From: Utricularia gibba
Lineage: Eukaryota > Plantae > Magnoliophyta
Direction: 5' to 3'
Length of the DNA: 64,000 nucleotides
Assembly: GCA_002189035.1 (NCBI GenBank)
Contig: NEEC01000007.1
Span: 3,410,001-3,474,000, forward strand
Shown here: in pieces, positions 1 to 10,999 of the stretch
Numbering within the stretch: the stretch's first letter is position 1
Layout of the letters: every line of letters begins with the position of its first letter
Position numbers and translations under genes: made by a program
The notes under the pieces: model-generated
What the model was told of the DNA's origin: nothing
Seen by the model: only the letters and a program-made list of their open reading frames with translations
Database searches by the model: none

Positions 1-989
1 TGATATCACCTTCATCATAAGATGTAGTTATATTTTCCAGTCTGTTCTCTTCTTTTGGATCCACGATTCTCTAATTTTTGTTTAACATGAAGTAAAGAAG
101 ATTTAATGATTACAATTTTAATTGATTTTCTAACAAGAATCATGATCCTTGAAAATAAATAAAAAAAGAATCACAATACATTCACAAAAGGAATTATATC
201 TCTTCTTTCAACAGTCCTAAGAGAAAGAATAAATATTTGCTATTGATCCCTATTTCCACCTATTTGAAGCCTTCATGAAGCATGAAAGTTAACGTTAGTC
301 ATTTAAGAATAAAATAGTTATTTATGCCATGCAAAAACAAATGAAATATAATTTTTAAAATATAAAGTAAGGTAAAATACAAATAAAATAAGAAAATGAT
401 GGTATATTACCAATTATGTTGAAATTGTTTATGTAAAATCTCATTGTATCCCTTCATTAAATTAACATAAAAATAAGTACAAAAGATTAGGTAAATTATC
501 AATTAAATTAAATAATTGGGGTAAAATAATAATAAATTTCAAAATGAATTTAATATAATTTTTTTTAAAAAAAATTAGGATAGTTAACTTATTATCTCGA
601 TAAAATCTCATTTGCATGGAGATGGTGGATTTTTTGCTGAATACCCTAACCCAAGCATACTCAATGTGTTGACAGAAATAATGTACTAACCAAAACATAA
701 ACCCAACTAGCAAAACTCCTTGGGTGACTTTGGTTAGAGGTTTTTCATGAGTTTTCCTATAGGTTTACCATTAAACCCATATTTGGCATGTGGCTTGCAG
801 GTGCATAAAAATAAATATGTCTGCTATCTACATTTCCACGAGATATTGTTGAGACTAGTTTAGATAAATTAAAGTGGGAGATCAATTTATGTGAACACGA
901 TTTCTGACATAGCAGCAATATTTTTTCGTGAGTTCAATTTCTGAAACCCTGAGCTTACTTTCCACTTTGTATATTCTTTTGTTTGAGGC

Positions 990-1633
990 CTACTTTCTGA
1001 TAATATGCGTGGAATGCTCAGCCAACTCCTCAAGTAAGTAAACAGTTTCAATTGGTGTCTTTTTTCTCAAGAATCTCCCTACTGTTGAATCAACCATGGA
1101 CCTATTAGTGCACACTAATCCATCATAGAAATATTTGACCAAAAAAGTAGATTGAAAACCATGGTGAGGACAAGATCTAAACAATTGATTAAACTTCTCC
1201 CAATATTCATGAAGTGGCTCCCTAGTCATTTGCTGAATGTCACTGATTTCCTTTCTAATTCCTTAAGCTTTAGAGATAGGGAAATATTTGCTCAAGAATG
1301 CTTTCTTCATGTCAACCCAATCTGATATGCTTTCAGTTTCAAGGAATTAAACCACATCCTTGCTTCTCCTTCCAAAGTAAATTGAAATGCCCTCAAACAA
1401 ATTGCTTCTTCCATCACTCCTATAATTTTAAATGATGTGCAAACTATTGTAATATTATCCAAGTTCTCGTGTGGATTTTCTCCAATCTTCCCATAGGACT
1501 TTGGAAAAAAATTGATCATGACCGATTTAAGTTCACTTGCTGCATCATCTCGAAAATTGATACATAATCCGTTGTAAGTGTGGTCAGCAGCTTCTAATTC
1601 AATCAGTGTCTTCTCCTGTTTGGCCATTTTCAA
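990..1633 (-). pseudogene. Degenerate Ty3/gypsy (Athila/Tat-like) gag, split into two ORFs
   Basis: ORFs 1307-1633 (FFPKSYG..GENPHENL..AICLRAFQFTLEGEARMWF) and 990-1229 (EPLHEYWEKFNQLFRSCPHHGF..YFYDGL) match the Retrotrans_gag pattern. They lie downstream of a PBS and an LTR. Confidence 0.85.
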
Positions 1634-1788
1634 ATTCGGTAAGGAGTTTCTTCAACTTGACTGCTTCCCTTGACTTTTTTTTCGAGTCCTCTTAGCAGCC
1701 CTCTCAACCTCAAGATTGAAATCGAAATTCACTACACCAAAGGAACACAAATGCATCAACTAAAAAACACAAAACAATTGAACACCAT

Positions 1789-1806
1789 TCCTCGACAATG
1801 GCACCA
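1789..1806 (-). other. Primer-binding site of the Athila-like element
   Basis: Minus strand reads TATCA-AAT-TGGTGCCATTGTCGAGGA, a variant of the Athila-type TGGCGCCGTTGCCGGGGA PBS, 3 nt after the LTR end. Confidence 0.75.
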
Positions 1807-2394
1807 ATTTGATAAACAGAAATTTTGAATATCGTTGCAATAAAATCAAATTCCATATCAAATAAATTTATAAGCCCTATTATTCACAAAATACAAGTTC
1901 AAAGAACATACATAGTAGTTTTTGGGGGTCGATCACAAAGAGCGAATGCTTGCTATGCATTCTAGTTTATGCAAGATCACAGAATAATTTCAGTTTTAGT
2001 CTACGGTCAAACTAATAACAGAAAAACTCGTTGAGTAAGGTCATGTTGCAGAGCGGAAAATAATAAGTGTTGGTTCTAAGTATGGGATAATACTAAGATG
2101 CCTCAAGTATGTGCAGGTGATGTAGTACTAAGGTCCGTAATTTAATCTACAAAGTTTTTATACTCATAATTGCAAATAATCTAAGTCTACCTAGGTCATT
2201 CATCATGTTTTCGACTAAGATAGTCTTTAATATCATTACCAACTTTGCAATTAGGTCTACTCATATACAAAGTATATAAAACTAGATCTACCCTATTCTA
2301 TTTTACATTGAACTAATACCTATTCTTCCCGTCTTGATTTGTTGATCTACTTCTAAATAATGCATCTGAGTTATGAAGCTACTTGTTCGCCCCT

Positions 2395-2408
2395 CCCCCC
2401 CCCCCCCC
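2395..2408. repeat. Poly-C tract (C14)
   Basis: Read directly from the sequence. Confidence 0.95.
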
Positions 2409-3044
2409 TAGGTCTACTCAAGGAATGATAGCAACAAATGCTAAGAAAAAATGACCAATTATATTATAAACCCTAGCCTCATATTACCATTCTACACCTT
2501 AAGTCATCCTTAAGGTTTAACTACTCATGTATGGAAGAAAAAATATAATATCATTAAGATGAAATAACTAAAGTAATAGAAATATTGTGAAGAAGTCAGC
2601 CATAGAAGCTAAAAACATTCAGCAAACGAAAATAAAGTAGAAGTAGTTCTGATTCTCGTATACTACTGTTCACTACTTAGAACAAATAGCACTAAACTTG
2701 GTCTTAGAGCTATTCTTCATGTTTGACAGTCTCCTTTCTCAAAATGTCCTTTTTCAACCATATTGTTCAGTGTTCTTCCTCCCCGTCATGGGGTCAAATT
2801 GCGTTCTAATTCCTTCTTCTCTCTCCAAAAATATCTTCACTTCTTTTTTTCCATTCTTCAAAGTCAGTACACTATTCTTGGCATCCGTACTATTCTGGCC
2901 TGAGCCTGCAGATTGCGAGCGGCAAGGTAGTGTATTATGTCTCCTCTTTTAATACTATCTATTCTTCTAAATCTCTATTTGCAAGAAATTTCTGTCTCCT
3001 CCCTGATTTCAAAACTATGCTGTTGGACTAAAAAGAAAGTTAAT

Positions 3045-4853
3045 CTCGCTCTGATACCACTGACCAGATTTCCCACAGTGAAAACATTCACCCTTAGTCG
3101 GTTTTTCAACTGGCTTCTTCTTCTTGACCTCCCTTTTAGATTTGAGTTTCTTGTCTTGATTCTTCTTCTTGGAAACCGTTTTCCTTGAAGAGACAAGCAT
3201 GACATTCTTCTGTTCCTTTGTGATAGTTGTCTCAACAGACTTGAGTAACTGAATCAACTCAGGAACAGTTTGATCCATCTTGTTCATCTGATAGTTCATC
3301 ACAAACTGTGAGTATCTATCAGGTAGTAAGGTAAGGATTAAGTCAATACTCAAGTCCTTCTCCAACACAAAACTAAGAGTGGACAACTTTTCAATGTAAC
3401 TCAACATCAATGTCGCATGATCAGCAGCAGAACTTCCTTCTGCCAAGCGACAATTGAACAACAGCTTTGATGTCTTGAACCTTTCAAGTCGTGAGTGATC
3501 ACCAAACAGATTCTTGAGGTGTGTTATCATCTGTTGGAAAGTCATCGCCTCATGCTGTTTTTGGAGATCAGGGGCCATCAAAGCAAGCATGATACAGAAG
3601 ACAAGCTCAGCATCATCTAGATACTTCTGATATGCGCGCCGAACATCTTCAACTGCATTAGCCCTGGGTTGTGCAGGAACATCTTGCTCAAGGATGTAAG
3701 CAATCTTCTCCGCCTTGAGAACAATTCTCAGATTGCGGTGCCAATCAGTAAAATTCGAGCCAACCAACTTGTTGGACTCTAGAATGGATCTCAAATTCAC
3801 GCTGGAATACATATCTTCAACTTGAAGAAGAGAAAGCAAACACATCATGTAGTGTTCCTTAAATCACATCTAACTGGTCTTTATCAAATGTGATATACTC
3901 CCACTATGTTTTTCGAGATGGCAGCCCCTTACTGACAAAACGAGAAAATCAGATCTTCTTAGTTGGACAGTGTCCCATTTCATTCATCTCAACCTTGACT
4001 GTAGCCAACAAGCTTTAATGAATGAAACAGGTAGTCATCTCATGTCAATTGTATCTCTCATACAACCACTGTATCATTGAGTCATCAACTCTTGATGTAA
4101 AAACTATTTACCTCAACTTTTCCTCCAATTTTACCAACCTTGGCTTTAGTCAACAAGTTGATAACATCAATTAAGCCAACCCACTCTGAATCTAATTCCA
4201 TAATTTGAACATGTCATGTGTAGTGGAGAGCTTGATGGTAGCCAACAACTCTATGTACTAAAAATGACTCTCGTTCTCCTTATGTCAGTGGAAGGAATAA
4301 GCTTAATTATTTAGTATGGGAATTTTTCATAGGTAACACTTGCACTATGGATATCGATATCCTATCACATAGGAATCTTGACAACCCTTACCCTTTGTTT
4401 CATAACGCATCATATCCCTGGATTTTCACATATAATGAACGAAAATCCTAATTGACTCTAGATGCCTTGGTCACAAATAAATCATCAAACATCATATGCA
4501 TCGATAATTCACTAACATGATCATAATCATCAAAATTCGTGCAAAGGCCATCATGCCCCACGACTACACACATATAAACCATCATCATGCTACGCATATA
4601 CATGTAAGATATGATTCTCGAAAACATCAATCATCAATCAAATTTAGTGCATCATTAAGGCAGCAAAACAATCCAACATAATCAGATTTCGTGCATCACA
4701 TGCTATTACGATGATTGTCGGCAAGGCAACATATGAGAACATCTCGCAAACTCACATCCTATTACGATGATCGCCGGCAAGGCAACACATGAGAACATCT
4801 CGCAAAATCAGCAAAGAATCTAACGTGTCACCGGCAAGGCAACATACGAGAAC
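3045..4853 (-). mobile_element. Ty1/copia (Angela/Ikeros-like) fragment: 5' leader plus gag truncated in the zinc knuckle, ending in a tRNA-iMet/PBS sequence
   Basis: ORF 3015-3848 (likely ATG 3812): NLRSILESNKLVGSNFTDWHRNLRIVLK...CFHCGKSGQW, a UBN2-type gag. The Trp codon runs straight into TGGTATCAGAGC (3059-3048). Confidence 0.85.
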
Positions 4854-4858
4854 ATCTC
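4697..4858. repeat. ~56-bp tandem repeat, two full copies plus one partial, in the copia leader
   Basis: The core CGGCAAGGCAACA(T/C)ATGAGAACATCTC recurs at ~4719, ~4775 and ~4832. Confidence 0.9.
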
Positions 4859-5069
4859 TATTTGCAAGAAATTTCTGTCTCCTCCCTGATTTCAAAACTA
4901 TGCTGTTGGACTAAAAAGAAAGTTAATAACATGGAATCAAAATCACATCATATTCTAAATTTTGGTAAAATACTAAAAACAATTAGATAAATACTTAAAA
5001 CATGATTTAAAAACATAATTTGCTTATCCTAAAAATAGAAAAATTTGTGTGTTATCAAAAAATATAATC

Positions 5070-5560
5070 TTGTAATCATATTGTAGTTGTTAATTTTAAG
5101 TTTTAATTATTCTATAAAAATTTAGGAAATATGTGATTTTTGTATGTTGATGGGCTAAATCCTTAGATTTAATACACTCCATGTTATTAACCCTTTTGTG
5201 ATTCCACCACCTGGTTTCAAATATCAAGGATGGACAATAGGATTTCGTGCAAGTAGCCATTTACCAGACAAAGCAACATAAAAAAAAGGGGACAATAAGT
5301 GCACTTCCACCACAGTAGACTGCAAGTCGGCACAGAAGTAGTAGTGCTGTTAGAGAATTGTACTTGCTTTGGGAAATTGACGACGAAAATACTGTTTTGG
5401 GAAGAGAGAGAAAAAAGAGAGAGCTTCAACAACAATGAAACACACAGAGGGAGAAGCTCCAAGAGCAAAACAAATGATCTTGCATGTGTATTTGGAAATG
5501 AATTTTTCATCATAATGAAAATAGCGATTCTTTGTCGCAATTCTTCAAATTCCTTATGCA
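5070..5560 (+). mobile_element. Partial 5' portion of an Athila-like LTR of the same family as 1810-5057, in the opposite orientation
   Basis: Shares CCATGTTATTAAC and AAGGGGACAATAAGTGCAC..AATTGTACTTGC blocks with 9420-9540 and with the reverse complement of 2850-2960 and 4915-4935. Confidence 0.55.
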
Positions 5561-5601
5561 AATGTCATTTTATCGATTTTGGCTCAAATCTCTCTTTTAG
5601 G

Positions 5602-5780
5602 TGTAAGGTTATGGACGTAATGATAGTATCTCACATTAATTAAGGAAAAGATTTTAACCTTCCTAGTCATATATGAGACATATTCCCTAGAAGGAGAGAT
5701 TGTAAACTGTGAGAGTTAAGTTTTTAAAGCAAGCAATATTATACAAAGAGAACATGCATTTTGAAATTTGGTATTAGAGA
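5602..5780 (+). mobile_element. Degenerate TRIM LTR plus PBS, related to the TRIM at 43781
   Basis: TGTAAGG start; TTCCCTAGAAGGAGAGATTGTAAACTGTGAG and AAAGCAAGCAATATT match blocks in 43781-43972; PBS-like TGGTATTAGAG at 5769. Confidence 0.6.
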
Positions 5781-6811
5781 CATTTTGTGTGCTAGTTAAA
5801 TCAATATTTAGCAAATTTTATGTTATTAACTTTTTTTTAGCATAGTAATGATATTGAGTAAAAACTAGTTATATTTGTAGTATTTTAAGTGTTAGAATGA
5901 AGAATTAGGTGAGGTAAAATAGTTAAAAGTATCAAAATTAGTGTATAAAAACATGTTTTGAGTCTATTTTACATTGATCTACTTGTTGGAGTGAACTTAT
6001 TATTCATCCAGGCCTAGGACTAGATTGCATATTCTGACTATTCTGCACAGTATTTATTAGTCCAATGGTAAAATAGTAATTATGCATCTACATACGCGAG
6101 GAGATAAGACTACTAGAAGGAAACAGGGAACGAGGGGAAGCTAAGCCTCCCCAAGGCATGCAATAGGCACTAGTGCAATCAAGTAGAGAGAGAATGAAGA
6201 TTTCAAACAATGGAAGAGGTTTTTTCGACGAGTTTGAACTAGTTTTAGGGAGGAAGACAAAGGAGAAACAGTTATAGCGTGACAATGGAATCAACTCTAG
6301 TACCTAGAACCCTGAAGAATAGAGATTTGTCTATACAAAGAAGTTGATGGAAGCAATTCTCGAGTGACACTAGAATCACCTCTATTGCCAGAATGAGAGC
6401 AGTGCACTTGGAACATTCCTAGCAAATCTTTAAAACCAGACTGACAAGAAGAATAAACTGATGTGTGCACAAGAACTGATCTAGAGTGCCGAACTCACTT
6501 TTTATTTTCTGTGTTTTATTTTTGCATTTTATTGCAAACTGCTAGTTCATTTAACATTTCCTACTGATCGTTCATCTTGTTTGAGTGTTTGCAACTTAGC
6601 ATGTTTATCTTCGTTGTGTTTTTTACTATTTTCATGCGTCAATCAGAAGAGTAACTAGAGCATGTTTAAGTTATTTCTTAAACATGATTAATTTTTTGTA
6701 TTAAGTGTAATGTTTACTTTTAAACTTATTGAACTTGTTGAGGTATTCTAATACCATCATAGTTTCTTGACGAAGCCTATCAAACTCTATCCTCTTCACA
6801 TGCGTTAACTT

Positions 6812-7345
6812 CTATAGGAAGAAATAGTCATAGAATGTTGCTCTTAACTCGGTCCAAGGGATAGCAGCTCCTCTCATCACATGGTTTCCCACACTTCTCC
6901 ACCATGCTGCGGCATTGCCATCAAGCCAATGTACACCTAGCATTGTTTTCATTCCTTTTGATACACTGATGAATTCAAATTTCTCTTCCAATTTCAGGAT
7001 CCATGCTTCCGTTTCCTCTAGTGTTCCCTCCTTGAAGGCCTGAACTCCTACTTTCTCAAGAGTCTCATGGTAATCTTTGGCCCCTTTTCCTACTCCTTGG
7101 CTATTTCCTTCACCAGCAGTAACATCCACTTGCCTTGTCGATTGATTTTGGATCATACTAGCATGCATGTTTGTCAAACTTGTCACTACAGCAATAAAAG
7201 ATTGCATCATTTTCTTCATCAATTCATCAGCTGGCCTATTCGGTTCTTCTGATACCGTTCTAGGTTCCACATGCTCTTCTTCTTGTTCAATTGAAGGTTC
7301 CATATCAGCTAACCTTCCCCTACGCACAATCGTCCTCCTTCTCAT
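6812..7345 (-). pseudogene. Truncated Ty3/gypsy (Tekay/Del-like) gag
   Basis: EAWILKLEEKF...LDGNAAAWW...IPWTELRATFYDYFF is a Retrotrans_gag pattern, downstream of a PBS at 7482-7493. Confidence 0.8.
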
Positions 7346-7481
7346 TTTAACTTCATGTAGTAGAATCAGTTAGATATCCTACATAACAAAGTTGGAAAAC
7401 TTCACACACCAAAGCATACAACGCACTTCCCAATCCCATCTTAATCCTATAGTGATCAACCAACTGGCCTTGAACCTTTTT

Positions 7482-8800
7482 GCTCTGATACCACTTTGTC
7501 ACAACTCACTTTTAAGGCCTAAGAAAGATGAGTCATGACCACCTAGTACCAACTAAAACACTATAACTCAAGATGTCTTTCATAATACGATCCATTAACA
7601 TTAAAATGGGTAAATACATAATGGAACTAGACATAAGACTCTATCGAAGTGTTTTTATCTAACATAGTTCATAAGCTTATCCAAATAGATTCAAAAAATA
7701 ATGTATATTATACATACATATACCATACTTATACAAACCTAGTAAACAAGCTTCACTACTATGTACACTTATCCATAGGACTTTGGAAAGCATGGTTGAT
7801 CATTGGATCTCTTCTGGCTCCGTTCATCCCTTAAAAAAAATAAGGGTTAATGTCATTTTTTGTACCCATATAATACTGTTTTTTCATTGTTCATCTATTT
7901 ATTTTTTTTTTTGCAAAAATGATTCCTTTTCTTCACCTAAAATATCATTTATATTTTCTGAGTTTACCCTCCAAGTGATGCTATGGGTAGCTTGCAATGT
8001 GCCCACTTGATGTTTGTTAAATTTTCGAGTTTACCAACCAGAGTTAATAATTTGTATACTATTTTGGATAGATTTTAAATGTATGGATATATTGTATTAA
8101 ATTTTCCAGACTTAATCATCCATGTACTATTTTCAATCTCTTATGGATGCAAAAACAAATGGAAAAAGAGGGTAAAAGCCCATTAAAAAAAGGGAAAAAA
8201 ATTGATCTCAAAGAGTAGTTAAATTAGTTAACCACGACGGCAACTCTATCAAACACTTATTAGAAGATGAATGATATTTTAGATGAAGAAAAGTGGCCAT
8301 TTCTGCAAAAAAAAAATAAAGAGATTAAGAATGAAAAAACGGTATTGTATGGGTACAAAAAATGATATTAACCCAAAAAATAAAAGAGTGGTTGTATTTT
8401 TGAGTTTTAAAACAAACCAAATCAAGAAAGAATATAAAGAGCTAATAAAAGAAACTTCAAACACATTGTGAGTTCCCATATCTATCTTTTTTCACTTCTC
8501 ATGACCATCCAGCCTTGATGTTGCTATCAAATCATGATAGGTGAGACATAAGATACCATAGTCAGAGGAGCCACCTCCTACCATAGAACCACAAACGCAA
8601 GCCATCCATAGCATATCATATCATATCTTGCATAGCTTTAATACTTTTTGGTCTTCCACTTATATATGATGCCTCAGAGATGCCTGACATATTAGTCATA
8701 ATGCCTGCTGTATAACCACATTGCTAAAGATATGTGTCCATATCTCCTTAATTCTTTCCTAACTTGTTTATCACATAGTATAGAGAAATACATATCGCAA
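7482..8800 (-). mobile_element. Tekay/Del-like PBS (7482-7493) and 5' LTR starting at 7497; far boundary approximate
   Basis: Minus strand reads ..GTTGTGACA-AAG-TGGTATCAGAGC, a typical LTR-end/PBS junction. The extent beyond the MITE is inferred from composition only. Confidence 0.6.
7844..8374. mobile_element. Mutator-type MITE (531 bp) with ~110-bp TIRs and a 9-bp TSD
   Basis: TIRs GGGTTAATGTCATTTTTTGTACCCAT... / ...ATGGGTACAAAAAATGATATTAACCC; TSD AAAAAATAA at 7835-7843 and 8375-8383. Confidence 0.9.
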
Positions 8801-9409
8801 TAACATCTTAAAGATAATAGGGGCAGTTATAAGTAAAAAGAATCATACTTTTGGGACTCAAAAATAACTTTTTTCCGAAATAATATGAAATAATCTATTC
8901 CCCTATTAGAATTTTCATGCAACGTAAAAGGTTTTTGAGCATAGACACGATTACATCCAAAGTAATGGAAATTAAACACCAACATCACATAGGCACATAA
9001 GTTTTCATAAATCAATTTCAAAAATAAATAAAACTTCAAAAGCAATCATGCCCTTTACCTTAACAACTTAAACTCTAAACCAACTCTAAACCTTTGTTCA
9101 TCGAAGGTACTATAACTTTTCCTTCCAACCTCTCCTCCTTGTCTTTGTAAAACTCAAAAATAAATGAAAGAACCTTACATTCCATCATATATATATTCTC
9201 ATCTACATCTTATCTTTATTTTACGTGCGACATGTGGCATACATGCATCACGTACAAGTGGTGCACATGCAAGAGGACATGTGGCATACATGCAAGATGA
9301 TACATGTCATGCATATAATGGTGGCCACTTGAATATGTTTGATTGGCTTGGCTAGTATGAAATAGAATAAGTTAAAACAAAAAAGCAAAGTTCTTAAAGT
9401 TTAAATCCT

Positions 9410-10478
9410 CACAATCAGCCATTTAGCAAGATATGCAGCACAAAGAAGGGGACAATAAGTGCAACTTTCGCCGCAATAGACTGAAGTTCATAGGCAGAAA
9501 CAGTATGGTTGTAAAAAATTGTACTTGCATTGGAAAATGTGATTGGAAGATATTTTAGAGGAGATGGAAACCGGAAAATAAGAACACACAAAGAGGGATT
9601 CATTGCAGATCTTCTTCAGACTTCAATGACAAATAATAAGGAAGAAGAAGAAGATTTTTCCAGAAGAAAAACCTCCAAAGTGAAGAACAAGCATCGAAAC
9701 CTAAGTCTACAATACTATTCAGGTCTATGAACAATAGAAGACGGGGAACATAACTATTTTACTTTGTTTTCTTAGTATGCTGGATTTTTTTTTAGTTTCT
9801 GTGATTGTGTATCTCACAATGTTTATGTTATTTTCTTTAATTTATCTTAATGAGATCATGCTTTATCTATCACATATGAGTAGCTAAATCTAGGAATGTC
9901 TTATGGTGTAGTTCATAAGCTTGATTTAGAGGTAGGTCAATGAATTAAGATAAGGATAATATGTATTAGTATTGAGTAGAAACAGCATAAACAGGTGGAC
10001 CTAATTCTACATATTTCGTATGAGGTTAGACCTAAGTGTAAAATCGATGATGACATTTGGAATTGATTTAGCCGAAAATATGACGATTAGCCTGGATAGA
10101 CATAATTGTTTAGAATATGCATATAAACAAATTGTAAATTAAATAGGAATTTGAACACCATATCACATGAACTACCTTAAGACATCTTAGTATTATCTTG
10201 TGTTTAAAGCTAACATTTGGAACTTCATGCTTTGTGATTTAATTTTAATTAAATCAAATTACTTGCATGTTGTTGTTGGTTTGACCTTGAACTAAAAATA
10301 CAATTAATTCTGAATTCTGTATATCGAAAAAACATTGCAATCACCATTTCTCTGTGATACACTCCTAAATCCACTATATAATTTGTGTTAAATTTTTGTT
10401 TTGTGAAAAGTAAAATTTATAAATTTATTTGATACGAAATTTCAGTTTTTACAACGATCACAAAATTTTCATTTATCA
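9410..10478 (+). mobile_element. Degenerate Athila-like LTR (same family as 1810-5057)
   Basis: Ends ..TATAAATTTATTTGATA..TTTATCA at 10478, like the LTR end at 1810. Internal blocks are shared with the other copies; the start is approximate. Confidence 0.65.
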
Positions 10479-10999
10479 CTAGGCGCAATGATCTCTAGCT
10501 TATTTTCCCACTAGTGTTGTAATATTCAAGTGCATCCTGATATGGGCTTAAAGCAGCCCGAGAAATTGGTTTCATTATCATACTTGGTATCTTCCAAGTG
10601 CAACTAACTGATTTCTAAGTTGTGATGATAATGTTATGCTTCTTTCTCCACCTACAACCATTTACTAGGATTTTTGCAACTTTCTAGTAATGGGCCGTGA
10701 TGATGAAGCATCATTCGCTCTTCTAAAGTTATCATTTCTCCATCAATTTGAGTGTGAAGTGCTTTGATCATTTCTTGAGCTCTTCCATTTCATAGGTGAT
10801 AATTCAATAATTTGATACCAAATAGTTAAATTATATGTACCTTAGAATACTCATCCTAGTTTTTTGAATGAGTAGCAGGTCCTTGATAGATTTGGGTCAA
10901 ATCCATTCTGGGTTTTCAGTTTTGAACCCAAATACTTATTCTTACATCAAGTTATGGCTTAAGCTTTGAAGATACAACAAAAGATACATAATATTCTAA

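Larger units (their letters stand above)
2971..4927 (+). repeat. Exact 74-bp direct repeat (2971-3044 and 4854-4927) flanking the copia insert
   Basis: ATCTCTATTTGCAAG...AAAGAAAGTTAAT is identical in both copies. Confidence 0.95.
1810..5057 (-). mobile_element. Athila-like 5' LTR (~1.37 kb net), interrupted by a copia fragment at 3045-4853
   Basis: Minus strand starts TGATAACACAC at 5057 and ends ..TTTATCA at 1810, before the PBS. A GTGATCGACCCC motif lies near the 3' end. Segments align by eye with 5250-5450, 9415-10478 and 57722-58846. Confidence 0.75.

Noticed and set aside
3048-3059. GCTCTGATACCA here and at 7482-7493 as tRNA genes
   Set aside because: Only the 12-15-nt 3' end is present and there is no cloverleaf. 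These are PBS or primer-derived sequences.
2975-3235. Arg/Lys-rich ORF and neighbouring short ORFs
   Set aside because: They are alternative frames or antisense of the copia gag and LTR.
10780-10850. TGGTATCAAA on the minus strand as a PBS, implying a tandem element sharing the Reina LTR
   Set aside because: Only an 8-nt match, with no clear CA LTR end and no gag after it.
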